A stretch of 64,000 nt of DNA from Veleropilina oligotropha (Eukaryota): positions 1 to 64,000 of the forward strand of contig JBEUKZ010000010.1 of the NCBI GenBank assembly GCA_048128005.1, given 5' to 3'. The notes under the pieces are model-generated. The model saw nothing but the letters and a program-made list of their open reading frames with translations. It made no database searches and had not been told where the DNA came from. Positions within the stretch are counted from its first letter, which is position 1, and every line of letters starts with the position of its first letter. This document shows positions 44,971 to 59,440 of the stretch, one piece after another. Made by a program: the position numbers and the translations under genes.

Positions 44971-47641
44971 GTCCTAAGAAGCACAAGTCTACTCAAAGGG
45001 TCGGGTTTCGATTAGTATAGTATAGCGGTATTAAATATGGACGAATTGGGCGAACTGTTTATATACTCATTGCATATGCTAGTAATCTAAAAAATGGTAA
45101 CGATATTGTATATCTTTCAAATATATAGATCCATCTGGTTGTGGTGTAAATAATATCATTGAATGTCGGTATGTATTGTGCCCGTGCATCAACCTTAATC
45201 GTGGGTGAGATGCCGTTCGAATATTGGGGACTTTTGGAATCACTTGCGTTTTTGGTGAGATTTTGGACGTTGTTTATATGGAAGCAGCATCGCGGTTAAT
45301 GTTCTCACTCATTTTCGCCATTTAGAGAAATGCTGGTTTCTTGAAACTGAACAAATCAACTAACCACATAATGGAATAGATCAACCTCGAATATTAAGAA
45401 TGGTTCTTGAACATCTTGTTTTGTACGATTTCGAACATAGTCTCTGATTTCCCTGGTTTCAACGTCTTCCACACTCCTACTGATTTGACATTGCAGAGTG
45501 TGTGAAGATAGTGCGTTCCAGATCCAGTAAAGCAGACGACTCTTCCCAAGACGGTGGCTGATGTTTCCAGTTGAACCTGTCACTTCCGTCACCATAGATC
45601 AAGTCCATGATCTTAAGGGTCTGAAGTCTAACAAAATAGTCTAATTAAACGTCAGGGAATCTCATAAAATATTTATATACGTGCCGCCCCTTGTTGATAG
45701 CGGTCCATGTGCGGACAGACGAAAGCCAACGCGACAAACAGGAGCCAAATGGTGTTTAATAAAGTCTTCGCGGAATGTGACAGACTACTGCTCTGAAATT
45801 GGCATTAGTAAAAATTTAATTAAATTAAATACTAAATTTTGCAAATAAACTATGAACATTCTTCATTTGTGACCAACTGTCTGTATTTCACATTATTAAA
45901 AAATAATTTGCTGAATGTCAGCTACATTTAACCTGCCTGTCCTATCCGCTCGCAACAATCTGGAAATATATCAATCGTGTAAGTTTGGAAAATAAAGTGA
46001 GATTTATATTTCATTAAATCAAAATGTTGTACTAAACACACACATAATAGTTATTTCCATGAAAGAGATTTCGTTTCAATAAAGCAAATTTGCTTCGGTA
46101 ATAGATCAAGGCAAAATCACTTTTAATAAATAATTTCAACTGGTTATCACTGGTTTTAATCGTTATTTGACTACATTATAGTTTTTTTTTATCTGGACGA
46201 GATAAACAGTCAGTAAAGCTGTAGTAAACAAGCTCGTGCATATCGTGAAAATCAGAACCTTTGCGTAGAGCCTATAACTCTTGGAATATGGCACATATCC
46301 AGGTACACTTACAACTAGCAGACGCAAACCAGCAGACGACATGTTTATAGCTGATAGCAAGATTACGTGGTCTCACGAGGAACAAAACACGCTCTCCTGT
46401 TCTTTCATATCCGCAAATATTATAAGTAATGAGAGGATAAGTTAAAACCAGATAATTATAAACATAAGTTGTTTGTACGAGTCGATTTTGACTCTCGGAT
46501 AGAAAATATAAGATATCATTGCCATATAATTTATGAGCGAGTAAACGCCTGTGTAGCCAGTAGGCCTACCTGCTATCTGTCGGAGTAAGTTAATACCGAC
46601 TGAAAGCGGCTGGTAGTATACTGTGGTGTATTTCGCCGTACGCTGGTGTGAGCAACAACAACAAAGAGGCAAAAACAGAGCCCTGTTACACTCCTCGATA
46701 AAAGTTCGTATACGCCGAAGGAATGTTAAAGGATAACCATCGATGCTATTTTAGACGATACTTCATGGAGATTCTTTTGTTACAAAACTGTGTCTATCTT
46801 TGATATTCACTTTTAGCGTGGTATATGAAAACAATGGGCTGATGTTCACGCGTCGTTTATTAGCCAAACCTGAACAATGAAATGTGATAATTTTCAACAG
46901 GCGGCTGTGGTGGTCAGGGTCAAAGATTATAGTGGTCTGCTGAGTACGATCTCATACTCTGGTGACTGTTTCGTACTCAAATCAACACTCTTGATCATTG
47001 CAGAGTCTGAGCTGAGTTTCATATGAGTCTTTATAATCTTGAGGCCCAGGTCTCCATTTGACCAGTTTAAAATGCTTATTTACAGTATATTTTAAGAATA
47101 TTTGAGGCTAAAATTGTATATTATATCAAGCAAAAGGATGATACAATTCATGATCACTTTATATTGTATTTACACATTTAAATGAAAATTCGCAGAGCAT
47201 GACATGAAAACATGGGCGGATATAATTTTAATCAAACGGGTGGGTTCCAGACATCCAGTCATCCACTTTTTTACCAATCACAAATTTGATGGTCAAAATT
47301 ATCGCGTTTTACACTGTCAGAATGTAGGAGAGGTATTTCACACCGTTAATTGTCAACTTTTTTCACAGCTGATAGTATAATTCATAAAAGTTGAACACTC
47401 ACATTCTCCAAATCCTGCATCTGCCCCTGTGAAAAACAGTAAATCGTAACAAATATCATACCTATACCTGCAAATAATGGGTGGACTTCACTGCATTCTT
47501 CGGAGAAGTAACATCATCTTGGAAGTCTAAATCCAACAACTCACAGTCAAATCTCTAAATTTGGAAAAGTCCTACATCGTTTTCGTCTCTTACATGAAAA
47601 AATACCTAATATAAATTATTGTTCTACTGTATCGCCTAAAT

Positions 47642-47820
47642 CGGTTAGACCATGTAACTCGTGAATATGTTGGATAGACACAGTTTTCCACCGTTGATTA
47701 AGTGTGAAATCGGATCATTGCACTCGTGCTTCGCACTCGAACAATGGTCCGATTTCACACTTAATCAACGATGAAAAACTGTGTCTATCCAACATATACA
47801 CTCTTTAGCATGATCTAACC
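47642..47820. repeat. ~180-bp imperfect palindrome (hairpin end of a repeat element)
   Basis: ggttag...atatgttggatagacacagtttt...gttgattaagtgtgaaatcgga versus tccgatttcacacttaatcaac...aaaactgtgtctatccaacatat...ctaacc, with tip CTCGTGCTTCGCACTCG. Confidence 0.9.
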
Positions 47821-47824
47821 TACA

Positions 47825-49776
47825 TGTATCCCCCGAAAGGGAAAGTGTCGGGGGATACTATGGTTTAGCGTCCGTTACGCCGCGTCCGCAGAGAGATTCC
47901 TCGTGATCGTACTAGACAAGCCATTTCTTAACGGAATGTTTCAAATTTGGTATGTGCCTTGGTTGGGGCGAGGACACGACACCTATAAAATTTGGGTGTG
48001 GTCCACCCTCCAAGATGGCCGCCACGGCCTCCGTCTTGGATTTTAAGCATAATTCCTCGTGATCGCTCTAGACAGGCCGTTTATTAACGGAATGTTTTCA
48101 AATTTGGTATGTGCATTGGTTTATGCGAGGACACGACACCTATATAATTTGGGTGTGGTCTGACCTCCAAGATGGCCGCTGTGGCCTCCATTTTGGAGTT
48201 TAAGCATAATTCCGCGTCATCGCTCTAGACAGGCCGTTTCTTAACGAAATGTTTTCAAACTTGGTATGTGCATTTGTGGGGCGAGGACACGACACCTATA
48301 GAATTTGGGTGTGGTCCGACCTCCAAGATGGCCGCTGTGGCCTCCATCTTGGATTTTAAGCATAATTCTTTGTGATCGCTCTAGACAGGCCATTTCTTAA
48401 CATAATGTTTTCAAATTTGATATGTGCATTGGTTGGGGTGAAGACACGACACCTATTTATTTTGGGTCACGTGACCCCAATATTTTGGCGGCCATCTTGA
48501 ATTTCATTCGAAAACTATTTTCTTTTATAAATTTGTTAACATTTAACCTAACGTGACATGATTTATATATTCAGATACCAGAGATAATTGTCTGAAATGT
48601 CATGGAAGTAGATTTTTGATTTTTAAAATTAACCGGCGGCCATATTGGATTTAAATTTTAAGGGTCTTTAAAATGGCTATATCTTGAAAATGATGCAACG
48701 TAGACACATGGTCACTATTGGGACCCTGTGGGAAGTCATGATTGGGCTTTCAAATGCCACCATGGCCTTTGACCTCGGATGACCTGCATTGCTCTAAATA
48801 CCTAATTAAGGAAAAATGCATATATGCATGTGTACCTAAAGTGAACTCCTATTGACGTATGTAGTCGACATTTACCAATTATGCCAGATAAAATTGAAAA
48901 GCAGGAAGTGCATCGGCGGCCATTAAAGCATTTGTTTCAAGTGGCAATATATAAAAAAGGATGCACCGTGGACACATAGTTACTATGGGAAGTCATGGTT
49001 GATCTTTCACATGTGACCTTGGCCTTTGACCCAATTGACCTACATTGCATGAAATGACCAGACAATGGCCAACTCGGTTAATATTGATGCTAGAGCTTAG
49101 ATATTTTAAATTAGGAAAATAAAAAAATTAGGAAAAACGAACAAAATGGCTGCCACATTTTTCTTAAAAACGCCAGAACGGGAGATTGACGTGGTGTACA
49201 GACCTGAAATTTGCGGCATTCGATTCAGAGCGGCCATATAAATATTAATAAAATTTTCAGACAAAAAAAAAATGTTTTTATATAATGTTTTTTACAAAAA
49301 AATATTTTTTTCCATATCTTTGCAAGTATCATTACGAGTATGCACAAATCGACATATATTTTGGGTGTGGTCTGACCTTCAAGATGGCCGCCACGACCAC
49401 CATAATTGCTTGTGATTGCTCTAGACAGACCATTTCTTAACATAATGTTTTCAAATTTGGTATGTGCATTGGTTGGTCGAGGACACGATATCTATAGATT
49501 TAGGGTGTGGTCCGACCTCCAAGATGGTCGCCACGGCAACCATAATTGCTTGTGATCGCTCTAGACATGTTATTTCTTAACGGAATGTTTTCAAATTTGG
49601 TATGTGCATTGATTTGGGTCGGGACACAACACCTATAGATTTTGGGTGTGGTCCGGCGGCCAAGATGGCCGCTGTGGCCTCCATCTTGGATTTTAAAGCA
49701 TAATTCCTTGTCATCGCTCTAGACAAGTCATTACCCGGGGATACATATGCGGTCAGTCGTGACTGAGCGTCTAGTT
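47825..49776 (-). mobile_element. Second HINE/DINE-1-like element with ~158-bp tandem units (same family as 19701-21181)
   Basis: Reverse complement of the same 5' end, tandem units and 3' stem-loop. Has an extra internal segment at ~48470-49350. Confidence 0.75.
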
Positions 49777-50659
49777 AATTTACGTTTTAATATTTTGTGG
49801 ATTGAGCGTTCGTATATGTATATTAAACGCTAATCACCTGTTTGTCTTAAATTAATCGAAAGCAATATGGAAGCAATAACTGTATACCAAATTGTTGCGG
49901 TCGAAAATGATATTTTAATATTTGTTCATTCAAATGACGTCGTGAAAATGAAACGACGCGACATTACCCTTATTCTGACGCATCAACCTTAGCTTTGGTT
50001 TGGTTCTATGCTTAATGTTCCGTTTTACACAACCATCAGGTTCATATCATGTCCACATTATCGTGGACGGAAAGCCCGACCGTCCGGTAAATCTCACCCT
50101 CAACTGTGACTGTTAACAGAACAAAAAATGCATCGTCGAGAAACTTCTGTAAGACAGAGCGTCCGAACTTGAATCCAGAGTCCGCAGTCTTATCCACTCG
50201 GTTACTTGTACGGCCTGCTTCAAAATAACTAGTTCAACAATTCTCTTAAGAATGCAATTTCAGTTATCATATGAACATGTACTTTTATTGATACCTTTGA
50301 CTTCAAATGAATGATATATAAAATACACATAGATATTTTCAAAGTTTATATTTTAAATATTTTGAGTTGAATGTGTTAGGTTTGAATCAATGTTTATTGT
50401 CCGATTTGAAGCAACACTCCGGTTCAAATCAGAACATGTTTATATTATAGAAGGATGAAATCCCGGTCACCATAGAAAACCACTGTAACCGACATATTGG
50501 GACATTGTCACTGTTAACGGAAAAAATTGTTCGGTCGAGGATTCGAATCCAGACCTGATAGATAGAGCTTTCAGGCGAGTGAATTAAAAGCTCACTGTCT
50601 TATCCTCTAAACCAACATAACGACCTGGATGAATGTGCAAATGAAAATGAGGAGGGAGG

Positions 50660-50908
50660 AATGATGCTTAATGTCCTGTATATTTACAACATCGAGGTTC
50701 AAGACAGGACATGTCCGTGTTATCGCAGGGCGAAACCCCGGTTGCCCGGGTAAACCCGCCCTCTTCGGCGAGTCACGGACAACTGTGATTCATAACTTGA
50801 ACAAATTTCAATGCCTCAGCCAGGTTTTAACCCACTACTGTTCGCATTAGCGGAATCAAGCCAGTGAATTACAGTTGACACTCTACCCACTGAGCTGCCG
50901 AATCGGCC
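50660..50908 (-). mobile_element. tRNA-derived SINE
   Basis: Near-identical inverted counterpart of 59179-59440, with tRNA-like head ggcagctcagtgggtagag on the minus strand. Confidence 0.8.
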
Positions 50909-52802
50909 TCAAATGAAAATGAATCAGAACAGGCACCATGAACACGGTAAAGCAATGCAGTGATATGTGTGGACGGCAATGTGAAAGTCGGTGGCATCAC
51001 TGGTTTGGAAGAGTTACTTGTAAAATGTATAAATTGATGTAACAATTGTTTGAAGAATGGTGTCATTGCGACAATGGACGAACCTGTGCAAAATTTGTGC
51101 GATGAATAGATGCAAACATATGATGCGTATAGAGTAGTGGCTGGTTTGGACAAGATAAGTTCAATTGTTCACCAACCGGTTCGTAATAAACAAATGTTTT
51201 CTGTCAAGTGACCATAGTTCCACCAAAATTGTTGATCCAGTTACCAAACAAAGTCAGAAGTGACCTCTAACGGATAATTGTAATATTACTTTCTTGTCTT
51301 TATAATATGGAATGTATGTATGTGTTATAGTATACATCAATTGTTAGATATGTCAAGGGTGAAATGAACTATTCATCGCTTATTCTCGGAATCCGGTGGA
51401 ATCTTCTAATCTCCACCCGCATCTGGTTCCAGTATACCAATTCTTCTGTTGCTAATAGCTTAATACCTGCTAAACGGGTCTTGGACTCGAGACCACCTTT
51501 GGAGTACATTTGTTGGTAAGTACGAGGCCATATGTATGATGGTATACGTGGTGTGTGTGCTTGGTAATGGCGTGTGTATATATTTTTTGTGTGCGTTGCA
51601 TTTTATATACAGTATACATGAGCCATCAGTTTAGATGGCCATTTTCTATAGAAACCAAAATCTGTTATTTTATAGGGGGATAAATTTACAACCATGTTAT
51701 TGAAATGTTATTTGTCGATTAAGCAACGTAGGGATAACATAAAGTAGAAAAAGCAAACCGTAACAGCACATCCAACCTTTGAAAATGAAAATAATATCCA
51801 TGTCATGATCTACATTGTAAGATTTATAATACTCCTAAAGACGTTTTCGTCAGTGTTATGTATGATGCTTATACATAGATGTCTGAAACAATTCAATAGA
51901 ACATCTATTTATAGTCTACGGTCTGTTTGCCACTAATATCTTCCGAGGAGGGCAATATAGGTTCCAGCTACTACAAAGCAATACGAAATAGCAAACTCTC
52001 GCCTCGGTGACAAGGAACATGGTGGTGAAATCCAGAAATCTCTACGATTAATGTTCCAATTGGAGAAGAAAACCGAATGTTTTTTTACTTCATGACTAGT
52101 GGCTAATTCAAGTTTGTGTTTTAATTTGATGCAAATTGGACCAGTAGATCACGAGAACCAGGCACGGATAAATAAAACCCATACATATCAATCAAATTGC
52201 AATATTCTTCTCCTACATATATGTGGCGAGGGTAATAGCCTATCGATGCTTGTGATAATTTGCTAATATAAGATAATGGTAAGTGAATTACGAATGTTTT
52301 TACTGGACGGTTGATTTAAATTCAGGGATCCATTCATTGTATATTCCATCTTGCGGCGGTGCTTTATAGACGTATTCCTAAAACAAGGCATCCATTGTGG
52401 TTCTTTATCTGTGATTGACGGTATTCGCTATATCTGGTTCCAAAGAGTTTACTTTGACCGCAGCGAAATGATACCCCAGCGTATCCTACCAGAAGTATCG
52501 TAGAGTGAACTGAATCTCCTCTCAGCTGGAATGCCCAAATTACAATTGGGATTCCTGCAAAAACATCCTCACTGGATCTCTGTCACCATTTGATCGTCAA
52601 ACGGTCTGGTGCTCTATTGCCATCAAATTACTCTTAATTCATCCCCCGGTAGACCTATTTTTGACCCATGCCCATAAATTTCACTATTATTCAGGAATGT
52701 GTAGGACATACCCTTGCTGCTATGGTGAAAAGATTAAAGGAACACGGTTTGATAACTATCTTTGCAGATGCTTGACCTTGACCTTGCGGTTGTCCCGGCG
52801 AC

Positions 52803-52966
52803 ATGCGTTCTGGGATGTATGTCGTAAATGAGCCAGGCTCACGTCGGAATCGCCCAAACGCCTACAGCGCCGAGTGCGGAGACGTCTTACTGACGAAAAT
52901 GGCGGGAGAATCCATCGCCATAGCGCTAGCAGTAGATCCGACAGAAAAGAAAAAGAACTTCTACAG
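52803..52966 (+). CDS. Otopetrin-family proton channel, probable first coding exon
   Basis: Acceptor tttgcag at 52767, in-frame stop upstream of ATG 52803, open frame MRSGMYVV...KKKNFY, donor AG|GTAATA. The phase-2 junction fits the exon at 58290. Confidence 0.6.
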
Positions 52967-54863
52967 GTAATATGATTCATCATTTTAAATTGGTTGGCAA
53001 CATTGTTATAAGATCACTTTGGCAATGTTTCAGCCTTAACGTAGTCGGGTCATTCTTTAAGAGATAATTTTGTAAGATGTAGTACACCTGACTGTGTTCC
53101 AGATAATCTAAAATATCATTGAGACAGTGGGAATCGAGGGTGGGGATCAAACTAGACGTCTGGTAATTTAGTCTTATTTAAAATATTTTTAAAGGTGATA
53201 CTAGTATATGCTAATTCGCATGGCGTAGACATAGTTTATTTGGTTTGTTGTCATTAGTCGTAATATAACAGATGCATGTCAGGCAAGTGAAATAGGTCAT
53301 CTAAAAGTAATGTTGCAAATATCTTTGGTGCATTTCGTCGCATCCGACTAGATCACACCAAATGATGAGACATTGTTACAATATATTATCGACAATTCCA
53401 ACTGCATATAGAGACAATACAAAGGATGATATATTGCCACAATGTATTACCGACCATTCCAACTACATGCAGAGCATTACCAACGCTTAGTTGGAACAAC
53501 AGTCATGAAAATACCACGTCTTGTAATTTCCTTAATCTAATACTAGTATTTCATGTCACCTAACGATGCGGCACGAAAATATACATCAACTAGTTCAGAT
53601 ACGACTGTTAAATACATTAAACGTCATGGCATAGTTCACTGCCACCTGATATGGGATCTGAATCGTGACCTCGTAACCACACTAGGCCTATTGGTCCGAC
53701 AGCCTAACATATAATCTTGTTGGGTAATTTGTTCTTTGGCTTATATAATCGTTTAGATTAAATATTTAAAATATTGTGTTGAGTTTTGTAGTTTTGTTTT
53801 TCAATTGGGGTAAAGATTCATCCATAAAAATTTTTTATAAAGTGTACTTGAAGATGTATCTAATCTTGAAATATAATCTTTCGATGTTACCTTGCTGTAA
53901 TTTTCTATTATATTCATTTACGGTATAATATTTCCTACGCAAGGTGTCCAATTTGATAAACTGACCCCATTGTTTCCATATATATGGACACTCAAAAGTT
54001 CAGCCAATGATTTAATGCATATATAGGCCTATGCCTACCAGGTTTCACTTGGAAAAAGGTATTATCCAAATTTTTCCAAGTAAACCCTTATTTTCGATAA
54101 CTTTGCTTGCGAAAACTATTCATGTAATTTGTCGATGATTGACAAAAACCACACACGTTAACATCACGTTTGAGATTATATCAAGCATTTCTATGAGTAC
54201 TCATCTTAATGAATCTGACATGTTGGTGTCTGTAAACCCTTTGACCCAAATATATAAATCTATCACATATCCACATATGCTGATATTCGATAAGAACCAT
54301 AGAGTCTTCACATTGTCTTCGAACATCTGGCATGGTTAGATTGCATTCATTTTTTATCCGTTAGCCATTCGCTGGTCCACGTCGAGTGGTGGAGGCGTGT
54401 TTGCGCACAGTGGGTCCTCTTTGGCTGGAAAGAATCTGAAAACATCACAAACTAAACGTCTCTCACCAGAAACGAAGAGCCAGGAGTGGAATATGTCTGC
54501 AAAATGTGTCCTCTGATAAGAATGTTGATTAAATTTGACCTGTTATATCAGGAACCTCTCTAATTTGGGCAACACGAAGTCATACATCTCAAGGTCACGT
54601 CTAACGGTGTTATTATTCGCAATCTGTTCAGATTTCAGATATATTGATGCAACAATCAAACTTAAAAGAGTCAATAAACTTGCATGCATGACGACAATCA
54701 AGACCTTCATGGGATATTCGCAAAACATCGGAAGTGATCCTACACCAAATAGAAACATAATGTTTCGCTGTTCATAAGCCATGCCTTTTTGTGTTGTGAT
54801 GTACGGTTAGAAGAAGACGTCTGGTTGGTCTTAGGCTGCAGTATTCTCCTGGCAGTGGACTTA

Positions 54864-55862
54864 AGCCCCGTTAGCATTACCAAATATAAGCCGGTTCGAA
54901 ACCGGTTTAAAATAATGCGCATTATATTGGCGTGTCTAAAGGCAAATGAGTCGACTTGAACCGGCTTGAAATGATCCATCTCCTGATGTGGTTTGAAGCC
55001 GGCATGAGAATTTTAATCCGATCCAGTTTGTAATGTAAACGCGCCAACTGACTTCAAACCGGTTAGCCTCGATTTGAGTCGTATGCCTGTACATGATTCG
55101 ACCTGTTGAGCAATGTTTATTTTGGCACTTCGGCAAAACATGCCTCTCGCCGACCTCCGATTACAAGGTGCTAACACCCACAGAAATAATCCTTATTTGT
55201 GTCTAAACGCAATTTAAGCCGGATTATTAAAAACCGGTTCGAAACCGATTTATTTTAATGCGCATTATACTTGGTAGCGTGTACGGGGCTATAGACACCC
55301 TGTGTTGTCGGCCATTGGATGCGTCGTACTTTGTAACAGTTCAGTCTTCACGGCACCATCCTTCCGCGGTCGGTCAGATCGTGGCATATCCACTACCATC
55401 ATGAGTATAAACCCTTCAAAACTGTTGAAATCATAAGCCCCGTTTACATTACCAAATATAAGCCGGTTCGAAACCGGTTTAAAATAATGCGCATTATATT
55501 TGCGTGTCTAAACGCAAATAAGTCGACTTGAATCCGCTTAAAAAGAACCACCTCCTGATGTGGTTTGAAGCCGGCTTGAGAATTTTAATCCGATCCAGTT
55601 TGTAATGTAAACGCGCCAACTGACTTCAAACCGGTTAGCCTCGATTTGAGTCGTATGCCTGTACATGATTCGACCTGTTGAGCAATGTTTATTTTGGCAC
55701 TTCGGCAAAACATGCCTCTCGCCGACCTCCGATTACAAGGTGATAACACCCACAGAAATAATCCTTATTTGTGTCTAAACGCAATTTAAGCCGGATTATT
55801 ATAAACCGGTTCGAAACCGATTTATTTTAATGCGCATTATACTTGGTAGTGTAAACGGGGCT
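54864..55862. mobile_element. Two closely spaced direct copies of a 427-bp MITE (54864-55290 and 55436-55862)
   Basis: TIRs agccccgtttacattaccaaatataa / ttatacttggtagtgtaaacggggct. Copies are nearly identical. Confidence 0.85.
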
Positions 55863-57677
55863 ATAGTTAATGCTCGCGTAAGCCATTTCGTGGTATAAGA
55901 CAATATATGCATCAGTATGTTTTCAACCAACCGTTCTTAACGTCAAAATCATAGGAATCAAACACCATACTTCTCAGTTAAGGATTTTGATAGTTCATCT
56001 AATTATTATTGCTAGAGTAACGCCGGGATTATTCTGTGAAACCACCCCTCGGCAGCTCCCACCGGCTACCGTGACGTATAACCCCAAGGTACATTCCATA
56101 GGAAGTCGAACCTAACTTTCGACACAGCGCCACCTGGCGGATGGATTGAAAGCGACGCTCTTACCACTGCGTAACGCGGGTGGCCCATAAATGTGATTAG
56201 ACTGGATTGTATCACGTTCAAGGCGGTCAGTGACAGACAACCCACTCCTGATAGTTAGCGCAATCTAGTCAGTGATTTCAGAGTCGGTACTCAATACCAC
56301 ACGACACGACTAACTGATCGGCCAAATGTGATTAGAATCCATACCCAACAAGAAACACATTTGGAACGAACTATCGCATGTGAACGATTGATTTGTAAAT
56401 ACAATACATTTTTGTAGAGTGCTTCGCCATATCTAAATGAATATTAAATCTTTCTGATCACCGGCCAAACTCGAAATATATATTGCGTGACATCCGACGA
56501 AGTTACACTGACCCTTACATTATATCACAGATTTCTTGTAATATCAGAAGCCTTTCATGTTGTTCGCAGTGATATATTTTTATAAGTCCGACTTAAAGAG
56601 AATCTCACTGTGAAAGGTAATCTTATCTGGGCAGACTACAACTGACAGGGGATTTCAACAGCGGTGGTCTGACTACCAACGAGAAAGGTCCACAAACAGC
56701 TCGCAGACATATTCCTGCTGCGGGGCAATACATGGTAAACGCAAGAAATGGAACTGGGATATGTTTGCCCATGAATACGTAAAACGTGCACATTAAAATA
56801 CTATGTAGAACCATTTAACATGAACTAGGCTCATTTGATGCCTGATAGTGGCATAGAAATGATCATTGGTAGAGAAAGTTAATATTCGTGAAATGGAGAA
56901 TTGTCAACAAAGAACCATTACCACTAGTGGGAAATTCTTGTTAGGCCTATGCAACAGTGTACTCAATGTGTAGAGATGTGTAAAAATGCAGTGATACATG
57001 AAAAGAATTCATTGCTATTCGAACAATGACTACAAGAAATGTACTCAAAATATCCATTGGTAGTGAATACGGCCTTTTGGTGAAATAAAAGGCCGTTTAT
57101 CACTTCTGAGAATTTCCTGCTATGTCAAATAGATTGATTATTGTTTGAATCCATAAAATCCTAAGATTTTTTGACATTCAAAAAAGGGCCACTCAAAATA
57201 ATTTCGGTTATGCCATTTCCTAACGTCACTAAATTTGGTATTTAATTGGTAACAACCATACGACTATGAAAGTGCTTTCGGTGAAACAAACAGTTGCACA
57301 TTTTGAGGTGCAAAATGGTACGAAATAAAAATTCACAAATTGGTTTGTAAATAAAACATATATAGCTTTCAAGAAGCAATAATTTTCAGAAATGAACACA
57401 TGACCATTAAATTTTGAGCTCTGCTTGCTCTCTATATAAAACAGGGACAATTCTGCATCGCCTCGCTTAATTAATAATAATCGAGTCCGTTAAAAGGATA
57501 CTCTTCAACCTGTTATGTTTTATTAGCGCGATAGTCAAGGTCTGAAGCATTCCACTCCGGCATCAAAGTTTCTGTGTTGGATCTCTAGGATGTTGGGTGT
57601 CTCCTTTGTCGGGTCATATTACTGCAGCGCACAGATAAGAATTCGTGCATGCAGCCCAGGCTCTGTGTTATAGGGTG

Positions 57678-57884
57678 CACTGAGAAAAACAAGTCGTGAA
57701 TTTCACTACTTATAGTAGTGTCGGAATGGACACTACTTTTGGTAGTTAAATTCACTATATTAGGTAGTGAAATTAACTACTTTTTAGTCAATTTTACTAC
57801 CTAAAATAGTGAATATGCGCTGCTGTCCATTCAAACACTACATATGTACTATAGTGAAATTCGCTATACTTATTTTTCCCAGTG
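57678..57884. mobile_element. Palindromic MITE with CACTG...CAGTG ends
   Basis: cactgagaaaaacaagt...gtgaatttcactac versus tagtgaaattcgc...acttatttttcccagtg. Confidence 0.7.
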
Positions 57885-58289
57885 TATGATCATGCAAGTT
57901 ATTCTTTAGTTCGCTTTCTATAACATTGAAAATATACCTTTGAGTATACTTATTTATCTGTAAAATTAAATATACTAGACAAAATGAACGGTTTCTTGTG
58001 ATTTATAACGAAAGAATCATTTGCATTATAGCATTAATCACTCTAGCTGTGGTCAGTAAAAGAACTCGTACGAAAAATGTTCAAATTTTGGCGACGACAC
58101 ATTCCCATTTTAAGCGGCATAAAGAACTAAAACTAATAAAGGCAAAAAGTTTCATATCTACAATTTATTTTGTAAATTTTAGTATTGAGGTATCAGAATC
58201 TTAAAAATAACATAACCCAGTCGATAGTAGCAACGTTTTATCTGCATTGACACCTTCCATTCGTATTACTTGAAACTTCTTTCTTGCAG

Positions 58290-58410
58290 GTCATCCATAA
58301 CCAAGTTGCTATGCTGTTTGTATGCTTTGGTCATTGTCGTGTTGGGCGTCGTGTTCAGCACGGCCACAGCTTTGACGGCCAAGGAAAGGGAGCACAAGTA
58401 TTACTTGGAG
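58290..58410 (+). CDS. Otopetrin-family proton channel, exon (first transmembrane helix)
   Basis: ttcttgcag| ... gag|gtcagt. Translates SSITKLLCCLYALVIVVLGVVFSTATALTAKEREHKYYLE. Phases match the neighbouring exons. Confidence 0.8.
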
Positions 58411-59178
58411 GTCAGTACAACAATACCCAGCCATGTGTACTGACCAGTAACGGTAATATTATAGTGGTACCTCTGGCTGTATAATAGCGCTCCGTCACAG
58501 AGTTATTTTTAGCATCTGCGACTATCAGCGTCATCCAGCTAACCCGGATGTCAGGCAAGCTTGGCAATGCCTGAAGCATTTGCTATAGTTTATCCGTTTA
58601 TCATCACGGTTTATTCGCTATAACAAAGACATATATATAGTTTTACCAGAGTCAGAATTAAATAAAAATGTTTTACAGCAAGCTCAGTTTATTGTTATGG
58701 AGTTATTCCAGTATCGTTAGATTTTACTGAACCGCATGTAACCTCTAACATCGTCGTGTATATTCGAAGTGAGAAAGCGACAGATTTCAATAAATTTCAT
58801 ACAGTTTATCGAAACTTACTTGCAATTTATTTATTCCAAGATACTAAAATGTCATTGCATATACTTGAATTTCGTTAAATTGTAAAAATGCGAAAACTGT
58901 TGGCCACTAAAGCTTTTTATAGAATGTCAACAAAAACATGTCGTTTGGGTTCAATACAAATATGGATCAGGAACATACGGATGCGTAAACATCACAGATA
59001 ACCAGACTCTCTGACACTTTCTGTGCAATAAATTCATTAAAACAATAAGTCTGTTTTATAATGTTATGTTATTTATCATGCAAAACAGCTTTACTTCAAG
59101 GCACACGTGCATACGCATTTTCGCTATTGGATTATTTTGTTTATTGTTTCGTTCCGTGTCATTTGTTGTCAGAAGATG

Positions 59179-59440
59179 CGGCTGCTTCGGCAGCGCAGTG
59201 GGTAGAGTGTCCACTCTAAATTCACTGGCTTGATTTCGCTAATGCGAACAGTAGTGGGTTCAATACCTGGCTGAGGCATCGAAATTTGTTCAAGTTATGA
59301 ATCACAGTTGTCCGTGACTGGCCGAAGAGGGCGGGTTTACCCAGGCGACCGGGGTTTCCTCCCGCGATAACACGGACATGTCCTGCCTTGAACCTCGATG
59401 TTGTAAATATACAGGACATTAAACATCATTCCTCCTCCCT
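59179..59440 (+). mobile_element. tRNA-derived SINE (intronic)
   Basis: A-box-like ggcagcgcagtgggtagag, B-box gggttcaatacc, 3' end ggacattaaacatca. Confidence 0.8.

Noticed and set aside
40560..51520. Possible upstream non-coding exons of the otopetrin gene (donor-like AAG|GTAAGA at ~40788, TTG|GTAAGT at ~51515)
   Set aside because: Splice-like motifs alone are insufficient without transcript data.
59179..59280. tRNA gene
   Set aside because: It has A/B boxes but no proper cloverleaf, and it continues into a repeated body and tail, so it is a SINE head.
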